Assembly: GCA_034723395.1 (NCBI GenBank)
Contig: JAYEOW010000007.1
Coordinates: 38,605-102,604, forward strand
Direction: 5' to 3'
Source: Candidatus Margulisiibacteriota bacterium
GTDB lineage: Bacteria; Margulisbacteria; WOR-1; O2-12-FULL-45-9
Length of the DNA: 64,000 nucleotides
This document shows, one piece after another, positions 9,115 through 19,549 of this stretch. The position numbers and the translations under genes were made by a program. The notes under the pieces are model-generated. The model was not told the origin of the DNA and did no database searches. It saw only the letters and a list, made by a program, of their open reading frames with translations. Within the stretch, counting starts at the first letter, position 1. Every line of letters begins with the position of its first letter.

Positions 9115-11721
9115 ATGAGAAAATTAGTATTGATATTTTTAATGGTCGGATTGATTGGAGTTTCTGGAGCTTTTGCGCAGTATAAGCCGATGCTGGCGAC
9201 GAATGGGGTGGCATTGTGCCCGATCGATTTTGACGGCGGGATCTATATAAACTTGGTCGGGAGCGCGGGGAATAAATTGCTCATGATGGTCTATAACAAA
9301 GAGATCACGGCAAAAATGATCGATAACGATGGCAACAGTTTATGGGAGGAACAGATAAGCTCAAATACAACCGATAAAAAAGAGGATCCCATGTTTGTTG
9401 AAACCAGCGATGGCAATATTATTTTTGCCTGGACAGATTATCGAAGAGGCGGTAGCTTGCCGGAAGTTGTGATGCGAAAATATGATATGAGCGGAACGCA
9501 GCTGTCCGCTGAGATAGAAAAGACCTATGGCGCAATAGTTAAAGATATAAAAATTGCCCCGGATGATAACGGCGGGTTTTATCTGGTTTATTTTTTTGGA
9601 GGATACAATTCATTCGCGATCGACCGTTATGATGGAAATATGACCAGTGTCTGGAGCAATCTCACACCGCTTGCCCTTAATGGGAGCACCGAAGATACCC
9701 GCTATGAGCTTGTCTCGGGGGGGAGCGGGGTCGATAACCGCGCTTTTGTGGTTTACAGCACGAATGAAGCGACTTCTGAAGCGGTCGCCGCGCTAGCCAG
9801 TACTGTATCGGGGAATGGCAAGATGCAGTATCAAATACTCGGGAACACGGTCGAGTTTTTCGATACGCTTGAGTTGGGCGGCAAATTCTTTGTTGTTCAG
9901 AATTCATCCACCGGCAATATCGTTGTACAAAGGCTGGGAAGAACAGTAACTGGGGTTTTCTCCATTGAAGTCTCCAAAGCTCAGGTTTGCTATGCCGCAG
10001 GCAGGCAGTCGATCCCTAAGATGGTGACTGATGGCTCAAGCCTGTGTATATGCTGGCTGGATGAGAGGAACTACAGCGAAGGGCAGGGGAATGATCTGGA
10101 CATCTACATCCAGAAGAGCACAAGCGACGGAGTGATGCAATGGCTGGCGGACGGACTGCCGGTAACGCACAGTGATCAGGGAGTTAAATCATATTCTCTG
10201 ATCAGCGCAAATAATGAGATATTGTGCAGCCAGCAGGCGATGGTTTACGGGGATGGCAGGGTGTACCTGGCCTGGCATGATTTTAGAATGGATCCCGATG
10301 TTTCCAAAGATGATCCTTTTTCCGCCATGATCGCTACCAAAGAAGCGGATATTTACATGCAGGCTGTAAATATTTCGGATGGAAGCATGCTGAATTCTGA
10401 TCTCCCGGTTTGTAGCGCGGTCAGTGCCCAGATTTTACCTTCGATCTTTGCCTCTTCACCCTTTGCGGCGTGGGTGGACCTGCGGGATTATCCTAATTTG
10501 GTTTCGGAAGAGGCCCAGAGAGCGGATAATATCTCAACCGCCATCACCAGCATTACAACCTCTCCGGCCAGCGCGAATATGGTAATTAATGGGGTGGGCT
10601 TTGGGGTTGATCCTAATGACTATGTTTATAGCGGGGTCACTTACGGCTCGGAATATAATTATGTGAGCGTAAATGGTTCTATCGTTGGTAGCCCCAGCTG
10701 GACGCCGACGGCAATTACCTTCGATAACTATACATATAACGATTTTCTGGCGGGGCCCGATAGTGATGTTATCGTTGAGGTAATGGCTTATGGTGACACC
10801 GATTCGATTACACTTTCAAAACCGAGCAGCATTATTATTTCCGATATTTATTTTGATGGGGACGCATATTCGACAAGCGGCCAGGTTATTAGTAAAAATG
10901 CCATTGTGACCGGAGAGATTACCAGCGTTCAGAGTATAACATCGTCGGCAATTAGCGTGGATGGGAGTGCGTCAACTTTAACTTTGACTAACGATGCTTT
11001 TTCTTATCCTCTTTCAAGCCTTTCATCAGGAGATCATGCCATAATTATCAGCGCGATCGATTCAAAGGGCGGGACGGGATCGACTACTTGTAACGTCTCG
11101 GTTTCCAGCGTAATAACGATCAGCGAGAGTTCTTTTAATGATAAGAGCTATCAAAGGAATGATTATGTAAACAGCAATACGAGTTTTAGGGGCAAAGTTA
11201 CAAGCGATTATTCGATCAGCGAATTAAAGTTATCGGTCGGGACCGGCAGCGGGGCCGAGATCGATGTCCTTTCAGATTACGATAACGGATATCTCGAGAT
11301 CGCAGATCTTGGCGTGCATATTAATTTGAGCGGCGATGTAATTTTTACATTGCGGGCAAAGGATAGCAACGGCAACGAAACTTCGCAGGTCTATTATGTG
11401 TCCGTCGCGGAACAGGCGGTGGCAAAAGATGTCGTGGCAACTGATGTGTCTGCCACCCAGGATGCCCGGATCGGATTTAACTACGGCGGGCAGTCGAGCT
11501 CTTCAGGTTCCGGAATCGGAGCAGCCGCGACCGGCGAGAGCGTAAAGATACTATTATACGGACCGTCGGGGAAACCGATCATGCTGCAGCAGGCGGTAAC
11601 GATCGGTTATAATGAAGTAACGTTATCCAAAGAGCTTTTTGACAGTAACGGGATCTACATCGTAAAAATCTACGATGGCAGCCGGGTGATCGGGAAAACC
11701 AGGATAGTGGTATTAAAATAG
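9115..11721 (+). CDS. Large secreted protein: repeat/propeller-like N-half, Ig-like repeats, T9SS type-A/FlgD-like C-terminal domain
   Basis: Signal peptide; repeated W.D.R...DIY.Q motifs; ends VKILLYGPSGK...NGIYIVKIYDGSRVIGKTRIVVLK. Confidence 0.7.
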   Translation: MRKLVLIFLMVGLIGVSGAFAQYKPMLATNGVALCPIDFDGGIYINLVGSAGNKLLMMVYNKEITAKMIDNDGNSLWEEQISSNTTDKKEDPMFVETSDGNIIFAWTDYRRGGSLPEVVMRKYDMSGTQLSAEIEKTYGAIVKDIKIAPDDNGGFYLVYFFGGYNSFAIDRYDGNMTSVWSNLTPLALNGSTEDTRYELVSGGSGVDNRAFVVYSTNEATSEAVAALASTVSGNGKMQYQILGNTVEFFDTLELGGKFFVVQNSSTGNIVVQRLGRTVTGVFSIEVSKAQVCYAAGRQSIPKMVTDGSSLCICWLDERNYSEGQGNDLDIYIQKSTSDGVMQWLADGLPVTHSDQGVKSYSLISANNEILCSQQAMVYGDGRVYLAWHDFRMDPDVSKDDPFSAMIATKEADIYMQAVNISDGSMLNSDLPVCSAVSAQILPSIFASSPFAAWVDLRDYPNLVSEEAQRADNISTAITSITTSPASANMVINGVGFGVDPNDYVYSGVTYGSEYNYVSVNGSIVGSPSWTPTAITFDNYTYNDFLAGPDSDVIVEVMAYGDTDSITLSKPSSIIISDIYFDGDAYSTSGQVISKNAIVTGEITSVQSITSSAISVDGSASTLTLTNDAFSYPLSSLSSGDHAIIISAIDSKGGTGSTTCNVSVSSVITISESSFNDKSYQRNDYVNSNTSFRGKVTSDYSISELKLSVGTGSGAEIDVLSDYDNGYLEIADLGVHINLSGDVIFTLRAKDSNGNETSQVYYVSVAEQAVAKDVVATDVSATQDARIGFNYGGQSSSSGSGIGAAATGESVKILLYGPSGKPIMLQQAVTIGYNEVTLSKELFDSNGIYIVKIYDGSRVIGKTRIVVLK

Positions 11722-12078
11722 ATCTTCTCGGGTAACCTTGCGAAGACGCTTTTTTCTGGCGCGGAGCTTTTTGCCTTGCAGCATTTTTTCCTTAGCGCGC
11801 TTAGATCGTTTCCTCTTTTGCCGGCGGATCTTTTCGATCTTTTTCTGCCGTGCGGTTTTGATTTTTAAAATTTTTTCGGTGATCTTTTCTTTTAAGATCC
11901 TCCAGGCCAAAAAGCGGTTAAGCGCCTGTGACCTTTCGCGTGATACCTTTACTTCGATCCCGGTCGGGATATGTTTCAGGTAAACACAAGTCGAAGATTT
12001 GTTGACCTTTTGCCCTCCCGGGCCGCCCGAGCGGATGAACTTTTCGATAACGTCTTTTTTGTTCAGAATATCGGCCAT
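11713..12078 (-). CDS. Stand-alone GGQ peptidyl-tRNA hydrolase (ArfB/release-factor-like)
   Basis: FIRSGGPGGQKVNK, HIPTGI, RERSQALNR, long basic tail. Confidence 0.88.
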   Translation of the reverse strand: MADILNKKDVIEKFIRSGGPGGQKVNKSSTCVYLKHIPTGIEVKVSRERSQALNRFLAWRILKEKITEKILKIKTARQKKIEKIRRQKRKRSKRAKEKMLQGKKLRARKKRLRKVTREDLF

Positions 12079-12108
12079 ACCGCATCATTATATTGCTCCC
12101 TGCCCAAC

Positions 12109-12136
12109 TTGACAAGCGATTCGCAAATGATATACT
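12109..12136 (+). promoter_or_regulatory. Sigma70-type promoter for the SLH-barrel gene
   Basis: TTGACA-N16-TATACT with TG extension. Confidence 0.75.
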
Positions 12137-12323
12137 TTTAGCCAGGTTTGGGCGGCTATAAAAAAGGAGGTGAAAACATACTTAGTCAACCGCCTGAACA
12201 GGATGGGTTTTAGCGTAAGATCCGGATATTTTGACGGATTAAAGGAAACATGGATACTTTGATCCCGGAAGAATGGAAGGATTTAAACTGAGGCCTGATC
12301 CGCATAGACTAAGGAGGTACTCA

Positions 12324-13736
12324 ATGAAAAAATGTTTAGTAATGTTCCTGGCATTTGCCTTAAGCATGACAATGGTTATGTCTGCTTCCGCGCAGATCAA
12401 ATTTAAAGATGTGCCGTCCAATCACTGGGCTGCATCTGCCGTTTACGATCTGGTAAAATTGGGAGTTACCAAGGGCTACCCCGATGGGACTTTCCGCGGT
12501 AAGAACAAGATCACCAGATACGAAACAGCCGTCTTCCTTTCAAAATTAGCCAAAGCTATCGGGGCTTCTTCAAATGTCACTTCTGATATCGCGGCGTTGA
12601 AAAGAGATATCACCGCGTTGAAGCGGCGCCCGGCTGGCGGAGGCGCAGGGATCACCGGATCATACAATGCGAATTGGATGTTCGGCAATCTCCTGGCTGA
12701 AGCGGGAGGCGTTCGCGGAGCGATCGCCGATTATCGACTGAAAGTTTCCTCTTCCCATAACCTGGGAGAGGGATCTGACGTCACGATTAACCTGGATACC
12801 ATGGACTACGGTTACATGAACGATGGCGCGACCATCACCGGCGGGGTTCTGACTACCGAATTGCTGGATATCGAGTCAAATCTAAAACTCGACCTGGCAG
12901 CTTTAGGCCTGGCCAATCCAGTCGATCTCAAGTTGACCTATGGTCCTGGCAACAAGGTACACGCTGATCCAACGGGGAGCTTTCCGAGCGAGATCGGGGT
13001 AACCTATATGCGACCGGACACCGCTATTATGGCGGCTACTTCCCTTTGGGGAGCGGATGTTTCCGGCGGTTACATCGCCCTGGCACACAGTGCTTCCGGG
13101 AAAGTGGACACCAGTCAGGTAACCGGAACGGTTGGAATGGATTTCGCGGATGTTCCGCTGCTCAATTCTTTAAGAGTTGACGCAACCGGAGACTATGTCT
13201 CTGACGGAATGCTCTCTTCCGACAACCGTGACCTGCGCGCGTCACTGGCGGTTGCCGCACCACTCGCCGACAAAGTTAAGGCTTCTGGAACTTTCGGCAT
13301 GGGCGGGTCCGAACAGAAAAAGTGGATGGTTAAAGGTGAAGTTGCCTTAGACGATCTCTGGGAAACAGGGACCGTCGCCACTATTCGCGGTTCTAAGGTT
13401 GGTTCCGAATTCATTACTCCTGCTTTCGCAGGAGCTGAATGGGACTTTGCCGGGTTCGATTCTTTCGACCGGGCATTGGCCGCAGGAACTGTTAACCTTG
13501 GTGGTGAATTGGTCCAAGACGTCTCTGATGATATCAAACTGGTCGGTAAAGGAGACCTTCGTCTGAACAGCGACTATAAATATGAAGCACCTAACGGCAG
13601 ATTAACTGCTCAAGGGGGCATTTCATACTCTATAGCTCCTAATACCACCCTGGATGCGATGTATCGTATCTTCCAGGACAAGGTGACCAATGATACTTCA
13701 GACGTTGCAGCTGTAGGACTTTTGTACGAGTTCTAA
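12324..13736 (+). CDS. SLH-domain outer-membrane porin/tether (OmpM/SomA-like)
   Basis: SD AAGGAGG; signal peptide; FKDVPSNHWA..GYPDGTFRG..ITRYE; short coiled coil; beta-rich region ending YEF. Confidence 0.85.
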   Translation: MKKCLVMFLAFALSMTMVMSASAQIKFKDVPSNHWAASAVYDLVKLGVTKGYPDGTFRGKNKITRYETAVFLSKLAKAIGASSNVTSDIAALKRDITALKRRPAGGGAGITGSYNANWMFGNLLAEAGGVRGAIADYRLKVSSSHNLGEGSDVTINLDTMDYGYMNDGATITGGVLTTELLDIESNLKLDLAALGLANPVDLKLTYGPGNKVHADPTGSFPSEIGVTYMRPDTAIMAATSLWGADVSGGYIALAHSASGKVDTSQVTGTVGMDFADVPLLNSLRVDATGDYVSDGMLSSDNRDLRASLAVAAPLADKVKASGTFGMGGSEQKKWMVKGEVALDDLWETGTVATIRGSKVGSEFITPAFAGAEWDFAGFDSFDRALAAGTVNLGGELVQDVSDDIKLVGKGDLRLNSDYKYEAPNGRLTAQGGISYSIAPNTTLDAMYRIFQDKVTNDTSDVAAVGLLYEF

Positions 13737-13761
13737 ACTAGCTGTTAGTTGTTTTTTAAGG

Positions 13762-13795
13762 AAGGCCCTTGTTTTTACAAGGGCCTTTTCCTTTT
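13762..13795 (+). terminator. Intrinsic terminator
   Basis: AAGGCCCTTGT-tttt-ACAAGGGCCTT followed by a T-rich tract. Confidence 0.8.
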
Positions 13796-13874
13796 CCTCA
13801 CCCCCTCCCTCGCTGCGCTCGGGTTTCCCTCTCTCCATCGGAGATGGAGAGAGGGACGGAAGGGGGTGAGGAAA
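13793..13874. repeat. REP/MITE-like nested palindrome (CCTCACCC...CCCTCTC-hairpin...GGGTGAGG)
   Basis: 14-bp outer IR (13793-13806/13861-13874); 14-bp inner stem (13826-13856). Confidence 0.85.
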
Positions 13875-14407
13875 TGAAAAAGATAATTTACCATAATGAG
13901 ATAGACTCAACCAACGACGAAGCCAGGCGTCTGATTAAAAAGGGGGCTTCGGAAGGGATGGTCATCGTCGCAGGGACACAAGCCAAGGGGAGAGGTAAGC
14001 CGGGGAGCGGATGGTTTTCCCCGCCGGATGTTGGAATATATCTTTCCGTTATTCTAAAACCATTTAAGAACCCAAACGACCTGTCTTCGATCACGATCAT
14101 CGGAGCGAGGGCTGTTATAAAAGCGATAAAAAATGTTTCTGATCTTGCGGCCGAGATAAAACTGCCTAACGATGTGTTGATCAATGGTAAAAAGATCGCC
14201 GGAATATTGACCGAACGGGATTCCTCGGGCAACCTAATTATCGGGATCGGTATCAATATTAATAATCCAACCGATTCTTTTCCGGACGATATTGCGGCTA
14301 CCTCACTTAAAATAGAAACCAAGAAAGAATATGGCATTAAGGGGTTTATAGATTCATTATTGGCCGAACTTGATCGGGAATATCTTGCTTATTTAGGCAA
14401 AATTTGA
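13874..14407 (+). CDS. birA: Biotin-protein ligase without HTH
   Basis: IDSTND, QAKGRGK, KLPNDV, KKIAGILTE, GIGIN. Confidence 0.92.
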   Translation: MKKIIYHNEIDSTNDEARRLIKKGASEGMVIVAGTQAKGRGKPGSGWFSPPDVGIYLSVILKPFKNPNDLSSITIIGARAVIKAIKNVSDLAAEIKLPNDVLINGKKIAGILTERDSSGNLIIGIGININNPTDSFPDDIAATSLKIETKKEYGIKGFIDSLLAELDREYLAYLGKI

Positions 14408-14420
14408 TACCATCTTGAAC

Positions 14421-14771
14421 ATGCAAGTCCGGGGAATACGCGGGGCGATTACCGTAAAAAACAACGATAAAAAGGATATTCTCGCCGCGACAAAAGAGCT
14501 GCTGGCTGAGATCATCAAGGGCAATCAGGTAAAAGTTGAGGATATCGCGTCGGTAATTTTTTCCGCGACCAAAGATCTCGACGCGGAGTTTCCGGCGTTG
14601 GCGGCCAGAGAGATGGGCTGGAGTGAGACCCCGCTGCTTTGTACCAAGGAGATCGATGTCCCGGGAAGCCTGGAAAAGTGTATACGGGTATTAATCCTGG
14701 TAAATTTGGATAAGACCCAAAAAGAGATCAGGAATATCTATTTAAAAGATGCGGTAAATCTTCGGAGGTAA
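14421..14771 (+). CDS. aroH: Chorismate mutase, AroH class
   Basis: VRGIRGAITV, DLDAEFPALAAR, CIRVL, YLKDAVNLR. Confidence 0.95.
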   Translation: MQVRGIRGAITVKNNDKKDILAATKELLAEIIKGNQVKVEDIASVIFSATKDLDAEFPALAAREMGWSETPLLCTKEIDVPGSLEKCIRVLILVNLDKTQKEIRNIYLKDAVNLRR

Positions 14772-14776
14772 ATTAA

Positions 14777-15796
14777 ATGATCATTATTATGGGCCCGGAT
14801 TCGACCGATGAACAGATCAACCATGTGGTTGAGAAATTAAAACAGCACGGTTTCGGGATCCATCTTTCTAAGGGTGTGGAACGCACCGTTATCGGCGCGA
14901 TCGGGGACAAGACCGCGATCGAACTGGAATCGATCCAGATGCTCCCCGGAGTCTCGGAGATCGTCCCGATCAGGAAGCCGTACAAGCTGGTCAGCCGTGA
15001 ATTTAAACACAGTGATAGTATCGTAAAGGTATCAAAGTCGCTTTCGATCGGCGCAAGTAAAAAGATCGCGGTCATTGCCGGCCCTTGTTCTGTAGAGAGT
15101 AAGGAGGGGCTGCTGGAGATCGCCAAAGAGGTGAAAAAGGGCGGGGCGAGCGCGCTGCGCGGAGGGGCCTTTAAACCAAGGACATCTCCCTACAGCTTCC
15201 AGGGATTAGGCAAGAAGGGATTGGAGATATTAAAACTGGCGAGGGAAAAGACCGGCCTTCCTGTCGTGACCGAAGCACTTGATCCGCGCGATGTCCCGCT
15301 GGTCGAAAAATATACGGATGTGATCCAGATAGGCGCGCGTAATATGCAAAATTTTACCCTATTAAAAGAGGTCGGTAAAACAAAAAAACCGGTCCTTTTA
15401 AAACGGGGTCCGGCGGCCAAGGTGGAAGATCTTCTGATGTCGGCGGAATACGTAATGTCCGAAGGGAACCATGATGTTATCCTTTGCGAAAGAGGGATTA
15501 CGACCTTTGAGACCTATACCCGCAACACGCTGGACCTTTCTGTTGTTCCGGCGATAAAAAAACTTAGCCATTTGCCGGTAGTAGTTGACCCGAGCCATGG
15601 GACCGGTAAATGGGATATGGTGGCGGCGATGTCAAAAGCTGCGGTGGCTGCCGGAGCGGACGGGCTAATAATCGAGGTCCATACTCATCCGGATGAAGCG
15701 CTTTCGGACGGGCCGCAATCGTTGAAGCCGGACACCTTCGAGGAACTGGTCAAGGAGCTAAAGGTTATCGCCCAGGCGGTGGGAAGAAAACTTTAG
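14777..15796 (+). CDS. aroF: DAHP synthase type I-beta with N-terminal regulatory domain
   Basis: [41 protein letters not shown]. Confidence 0.95.
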   Translation: MIIIMGPDSTDEQINHVVEKLKQHGFGIHLSKGVERTVIGAIGDKTAIELESIQMLPGVSEIVPIRKPYKLVSREFKHSDSIVKVSKSLSIGASKKIAVIAGPCSVESKEGLLEIAKEVKKGGASALRGGAFKPRTSPYSFQGLGKKGLEILKLAREKTGLPVVTEALDPRDVPLVEKYTDVIQIGARNMQNFTLLKEVGKTKKPVLLKRGPAAKVEDLLMSAEYVMSEGNHDVILCERGITTFETYTRNTLDLSVVPAIKKLSHLPVVVDPSHGTGKWDMVAAMSKAAVAAGADGLIIEVHTHPDEALSDGPQSLKPDTFEELVKELKVIAQAVGRKL

Positions 15797-16859
15797 TAAT
15801 CTCTTCCTTAAGTTCTGTCAACCCTTGTTGCTTCAGGGCGGAGATTAATAACGCCGGAGCGTATTTATCGATTAATTTTCCCGATGCTTTTTTGCCAACC
15901 AGGTCGATCTTGTTAAAAACGGTGATTACCGGCTTGGCCGCGCATTTCAATTCTTCAAGCACCCGGTAAACCGATCCGATCTGGTCTTCAAAATAAGGGT
16001 TTGAGAAATCAACTACATGGATAAGCAGGTCTGCTTCGCTCACCTCTTCTAAAGTTGCTTTAAAAGCGGCGATCAACTGGTGGGGAAGGTTGTTTATAAA
16101 CCCGACCGTATCGGTAAAAAGGATAGTTTTTCCCGGCGACAGGTTAAATCTCCTGGTAGTCGTATCAACTGTGGCAAATAATTTGTCTTCCACCAGGACC
16201 CCCGCGTCAGTTAATGTGTTTAGAAGGGTCGATTTTCCCGAGTTAGTATAGCCGACCAGGGAGATAAGAGGTAGATTGCTCTTTTTACGCTTTTCCCGGC
16301 GCAGCGACCTTTCCCTCCTTAATTTTTCGATCTCTTTTTTCAGGTCGGCGATCTTTTTTCGGATGCGGCGGCGGTCATGTTCCAGTTTTGTTTCCCCCGG
16401 GCCCCGCGTCCCGATCCCCCCGCCGGGCCGTGACATATCTACGCCATAGCCGGTCAGCCTGGTCAAGCGAAAAGTTGACTGGGCAAGCTCTACCTGGAGG
16501 TTCCCTTCCCTGCTTTTCGCGTGCTGGGCGAATATGTCGAGGATCAATTCGGTATAATCGACTACTTTTACTCCCAGGGCGGTTTCGAGGTTCCGACACT
16601 GCGAAGGGGAGAGGGATACGTTAAAAATAGCTAGATCCGCCTCTTTTGCCGCGATCATGGACCTGATTTCTTCAATTTTTCCTGAACCGATAAAATACCT
16701 TGGATCGGGCCGGTCTTTTTTCTGCGAGACCTTGCCAGCTGTTATCGCCCCCGCGGTGTCGGCCAGCCTTTCGAGCTCGATAAAAGTCTCTTTCAACGGC
16801 TCATTTTTCTGATAGCCGGTTTTTACTCCGATTAAAACAGCTTTTTCCGGATTATACAT
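15765..16859 (-). CDS. hflX: GTPase HflX
   Basis: GTRGPGETKLE, GYTNSGKST, DTVGF, NKID. Confidence 0.96.
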   Translation of the reverse strand: MYNPEKAVLIGVKTGYQKNEPLKETFIELERLADTAGAITAGKVSQKKDRPDPRYFIGSGKIEEIRSMIAAKEADLAIFNVSLSPSQCRNLETALGVKVVDYTELILDIFAQHAKSREGNLQVELAQSTFRLTRLTGYGVDMSRPGGGIGTRGPGETKLEHDRRRIRKKIADLKKEIEKLRRERSLRREKRKKSNLPLISLVGYTNSGKSTLLNTLTDAGVLVEDKLFATVDTTTRRFNLSPGKTILFTDTVGFINNLPHQLIAAFKATLEEVSEADLLIHVVDFSNPYFEDQIGSVYRVLEELKCAAKPVITVFNKIDLVGKKASGKLIDKYAPALLISALKQQGLTELKEEITKVFFPPPGR

Positions 16860-16914
16860 GTAAAAATTCCCTTACAAAAGTATAGCACATATGCTATAAT
16901 CACACGGGTTTATA

Positions 16915-17859
16915 ATGGGTAATAAGAAGATTTTGGTTGCGGACAATAATATCCAATCATTGCAGACGCCACTGAAAAAGCTGCGTGAGAATAATTATGA
17001 TATCGTCACCGCCTATGATGGCATTCAAGTAGTAAAGCTCTCCCATGCCCACAGCCCCAGCCTGGTCATATTAAGTGTTAACATGCCCGGGGGGGGGTTA
17101 GCTATCTTTGAGAACCTGAAATTTTCTGTAGAGACCTCGGTCATCCCGGTTATCCTCTTAACTGAGAAAATCGATACCGACGCAAGGCAGGAATTGATCG
17201 AAAAAGGGGCGCGCGAAGTTATTGTTAAACCGATCGAATCGAATGAATTGTTGAGCGTAGTGAATAAGATTATCGGATCGGACAAAAAGGCCAAGCCCTC
17301 ATCCCCGGTTGCTAAAGAGGGGTTCCCGACGGAAACTCCAGTAAAAGCCCCGCTGGAAACAGCCATTCCCGCTAAAGGGATAGAAGAGACCGAGATGTAT
17401 AAAGAAGACATAAAGACATTGTATGAGGAGATAAAATCCAAGGAATCGGCCAAACCCGCGGAATCCGCAAAAAAAATCAAGCGGGACCAAAAGATGGTAT
17501 TGGTAGTTGATGATGAGCCGGATGTGAATTCGCTCTTGGCCCTTTTATTAAAATCCCAAGGTTATCAGGTGATCTCCGCAGTTGACGGACAGCAGGGATT
17601 GGAGATGGCCAGGAAAGAAAATCCCGACCTGATCCTGCTGGATATTATGCTCCCCAAATTGGATGGTTATAAAATCGCGAGAATGCTGAAATTCGATGAG
17701 CAGTTTAGGCATATCCCGATCATAATGCTTACCGCAAAGATCCAGGATAAAGATCGGGATACCGGGTTGGAGATGGGGGCGAATGAATATATAACCAAGC
17801 CTTTTGATACAAAAATTGTGTTGGCCAAGATTAAAGAGATGTTGGCGAAAGAAGAATAA
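16915..17859 (+). CDS. Tandem receiver-domain response regulator
   Basis: Two REC domains; first lacks the acceptor Asp (VILSVNMP), second is canonical (LILLDIMLP). Confidence 0.88.
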   Translation: MGNKKILVADNNIQSLQTPLKKLRENNYDIVTAYDGIQVVKLSHAHSPSLVILSVNMPGGGLAIFENLKFSVETSVIPVILLTEKIDTDARQELIEKGAREVIVKPIESNELLSVVNKIIGSDKKAKPSSPVAKEGFPTETPVKAPLETAIPAKGIEETEMYKEDIKTLYEEIKSKESAKPAESAKKIKRDQKMVLVVDDEPDVNSLLALLLKSQGYQVISAVDGQQGLEMARKENPDLILLDIMLPKLDGYKIARMLKFDEQFRHIPIIMLTAKIQDKDRDTGLEMGANEYITKPFDTKIVLAKIKEMLAKEE

Positions 17860-17875
17860 AACCGGGGGTGAAGCG

Positions 17876-19549
17876 TTGGTTGATAGAAGCAGATCATTGC
17901 GCGAAAGTTTAGTAAAGTCCCAAATCTTAACTGAAGAACAGATCAAAATAGCGATTGAGAAGGGGCGGAAGACCGGAGATACATTGATTAAGAGCATCCT
18001 GAGCAACCGGTTGGTCGATGAAAATACATTAATATCCTTCCTCGAAAGGGAGATGGATATCCCCCGGGTTGACCTTTCCAGTTATATTATCGATCAAAAG
18101 GCGTTAGCTCTTGTCCCATACGCAGTAGCGAGAAAATACAGGTGCCTTCCTCTTTTTAAGGTTGGGGACATCTTGACTGTTGCCATGGTTGATCCGTTCG
18201 ACGTCATGGCCTTAGACGAAGTCCGGGCCAAAACCAAGTGTGAAGTGGAGCCGATGGTTGCTACCGCCGAGGAGATAGATTCGGCGATCAACCAATATTA
18301 CGGAGTTTCCGGATCGGTTGCGGACCTGGTCAAGGGTTTAGAGCCGGAAGAAAAAGATGTTCAGGGGGGGATGATAGCCGGGTTAGCGGAGGAAAGCCCT
18401 GTTGCGAAACTTGTCACCCTGTTGATCTTGCGGGCGGTTGGAGAAAAGGCGTCCGATGTCCACATTGAACCGACCTCCAAGGATGTGCGTATCCGCTATC
18501 GTGTAGATGGTATTATGCATGATGTTTCAAGCGCCCCGGGATATTTGAACTCGTCAATCGTAACCCGGATCAAGGTCATGGCAAAGATGGATATTGCCGA
18601 ATCGCGAGTACCGCAAGATGGAAGGTTCGAGCTAAAGAGCGAGGGGAGAGCGGTCGATGTCCGCGTCTCTTCATTCCCCACTATCCATGGCGAATGCCTG
18701 GTTTTAAGGTTATTGGATAAGAAAAGTATTTTATTAAGCCTGACCGATCTGGGATTTTCAAAAGAAAATTTAATAAAGTTTGAGGAGCTGGTCAAGAAAC
18801 CGTATGGGATTATTCTGGTCACCGGGCCGACCGGATCAGGGAAGACCACTACGCTTTACGCGACGTTAAATCATATTGTTACTCCGGAAAAAAATATTAT
18901 GACCATTGAAGATCCGGTCGAATACGAGCTTGCCGGTATCCGCCAGACCCCGATCAATCCTAAGGCCGGCCTCGATTTTGCAAATTCACTCAGGTCGATC
19001 GTCCGCCAGGACCCGGATGTAATCCTGGTTGGTGAGGTTCGCGACCTCGAAACAGCAAAGGTTGCTATCCAATCTGCGCTGACCGGCCATCTGGTTTTTT
19101 CTACCCTGCATACCAATGACGCGGCGGGGACCCTTACCCGCCTGATCGAAATGGGGATCGAACCTTTCTTATGCGCTTCATCGGTTGATGCCGCTGTCGC
19201 GCAAAGATTAGTGAGAAATATCTGCACAAAATGCAAAGAGGAATATTTTCCTCCGAAGGAGCTTATTGCCAAGGTCGGATTAGATCCTGATAAGGATATA
19301 AAATTTTACCGCGGGAAAGGGTGTAAGAGTTGCCGGGGGACGGGCTATGCGGGGCGAACCGGTATCTATGAATTCTTATTGATGGATGACGCGATCCGCG
19401 ATCTGGTTTTAAAACGGGCTTCATCGGTAGATATAAAAGAGGCTGCCATGAAAGCGGGGATGAGGACATTGCGGGACGATGGCCTGCTTAAGGTATTAGA
19501 CGGTATAACGACCATTGAAGAAGTAATAAGGGTGACACAACTTGAATAA
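17876..19549 (+). CDS. PilB/GspE secretion ATPase
   Basis: ASDVHIEP, GPTGSGKTTT, EDPVEY, RQDPDVILVGEVRD, CTKC/CKSC; start approximate. Confidence 0.93.
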   Translation: MVDRSRSLRESLVKSQILTEEQIKIAIEKGRKTGDTLIKSILSNRLVDENTLISFLEREMDIPRVDLSSYIIDQKALALVPYAVARKYRCLPLFKVGDILTVAMVDPFDVMALDEVRAKTKCEVEPMVATAEEIDSAINQYYGVSGSVADLVKGLEPEEKDVQGGMIAGLAEESPVAKLVTLLILRAVGEKASDVHIEPTSKDVRIRYRVDGIMHDVSSAPGYLNSSIVTRIKVMAKMDIAESRVPQDGRFELKSEGRAVDVRVSSFPTIHGECLVLRLLDKKSILLSLTDLGFSKENLIKFEELVKKPYGIILVTGPTGSGKTTTLYATLNHIVTPEKNIMTIEDPVEYELAGIRQTPINPKAGLDFANSLRSIVRQDPDVILVGEVRDLETAKVAIQSALTGHLVFSTLHTNDAAGTLTRLIEMGIEPFLCASSVDAAVAQRLVRNICTKCKEEYFPPKELIAKVGLDPDKDIKFYRGKGCKSCRGTGYAGRTGIYEFLLMDDAIRDLVLKRASSVDIKEAAMKAGMRTLRDDGLLKVLDGITTIEEVIRVTQLE

